The translations under genes and the position numbers were made by a program. A DNA stretch of 62,198 nt, filler included, from Rhabdomonas costata (Eukaryota): assembly GCA_019059605.1 (NCBI GenBank). It is 26 parts of 26 records of this genome, joined end to end, with 100 filler letters (N's around TTAATTAATTAA, not from the genome) between each part and the next. Parts side by side here need not be neighbours in the genome. Positions count along the whole stretch, not along the records: positions 59,906 to 62,198 come from JAHMHO010004226.1; 25 more parts are not named here. One strand, written 5' to 3'. Under the pieces are notes generated by a model. It was not told the origin of the DNA, ran no database searches, and saw nothing but the letters and a program-made list of their open reading frames with translations. Positions 61,176 to 62,198 of the stretch are shown here, piece by piece. How positions within the stretch are numbered: the first letter of the stretch is position 1; every line of letters begins with the position of its first letter.

Positions 61176-62198
61176 CGGCAATCCCATTGGCGAGCCCTGA
61201 AACCCCCTCCCCCGGTGAGGGTGAAGGCAGTGATAAGTGTTGCGTTTGTTTGCGATCTTTGCGATTGGGGACTGTTGCATTTTGGTGGAGGGGGTTGGGT
61301 TAAAGTTGAGCACCGGCGAATCATCGAAGTTTCGTACCCCCCCCCCCGCAATTAATACCATGTGCCATTTTTGTAGGAGCGGTAGGGCAGCATTCCTGAC
61401 CACTGTAAGTAAGTCCGCTCCAAAGTGCTCTAAAAATCACACTGTCAAAACAGCCACCAGTTATCGCTTTCGATGATGCTCAGGCACAAGCAACACTTAG
61501 GCACAAAATCAGTGCATTTTTCGCAGACAATATGATATGAGCAGACATCACATCTCACAGTGTTGGAAATGCATACCCTAGCTTCCGCATGGTCTGGCTG
61601 CTCGAGGGCACCCTCAAAAATTGATTCCAGTTTGTTGAACAGCGACTTAATGGAAACTACCTTGACTGGTTGCTGCAGCATCCGCCACCCCATTTATCAC
61701 TGATCTGGTTTGGCCATTTGCGGGGCCAAATGCTTTATCGGCCCTCTCCCTCTTCCAAATACTGCACCGCTTCCTGCAAAACAGCAGTGGAGGGTATATA
61801 GACGGCGCCCACGACAAAATCAGACCCCACCCTCCGACTAAGTTTCCTCCATTTTCCGCGTCTGAGATGTTGGAAGTACCAGAGGTGGGAAGATAGCAGA
61901 AGGCAGCAGGGCCAGAGAGCAAGGGGGCAGGCAGGGTGACGTTGGCACTGTGCAGCGAGGACAGGGAACGGCCCAGCTGGCCCACCGTAGAGTTGCCCGC
62001 CCAAGTAATCTGCGGAGACAAAAAAAAGTTGGGAAGCTCTGTAATTGGAATCCCGCAGTAACGGGCTAGTTCTGCAAAAACTTGGAGTCTAAGAGACAGT
62101 GGTGAGAGTGGTTTTCCCAACATCTTTTGGGGGGAAAAGTGTGCTAGATGTGAGGAGGCAGTGTCGTTGAGCGGGATAGGTATTGCCCCCACCCCCCA

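Noticed and set aside
4-62192. Most ORFs in the supplied six-frame track
   Set aside because: They are antisense or shadow frames of GC-rich exons, intron read-through, or run into N spacers; the real genes here are spliced.
1-62198. Operon or defence-island reading of adjacent genes, e.g. RNR next to the retroelement methyltransferase
   Set aside because: The contigs are unrelated and appear grouped by length, so neighbourhood across linkers has no meaning.

Overview
This window is not a continuous locus. It holds 26 unrelated contigs of about 2.3 kb, joined by artificial N44-TTAATTAATTAA-N44 spacers. Most contig ends carry G/T-only or C/A-only tails, which suggests whole-genome amplification. 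The DNA is an intron-rich eukaryotic (protist) nuclear genome with mostly GT-AG and several probable GC-AG introns; a euglenozoan affinity is an inference only. Recognisable gene fragments: katanin p80, a TRIP12/UFD4-type HECT E3 ligase, eIF3i, a RELCH-like HEAT protein, a spliced class II (adenosylcobalamin-dependent) ribonucleotide reductase, a SPRY-domain protein, LSm14, a MAST/Greatwall-type kinase, a Cys-rich protein, MSH2, a NO VEIN-like protein, a muniscin mu-homology protein, an adenylyl cyclase, a MATE transporter, an SDR, an AKR and transportin-1. Mobile DNA includes a decayed Ty3/Gypsy pol next to a Dam-like methyltransferase ORF, a Merlin/IS1595-like transposase fragment and a MITE. 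The best leads are the intron-containing class II RNR, the Gypsy-associated adenine methyltransferase, a CPH domain linked to exon-encoded SH3-like repeats, and a 154-nt hairpin. All family calls come from motif recognition by eye, not database searches. No complete novel multi-gene system can be shown from fragments this short.
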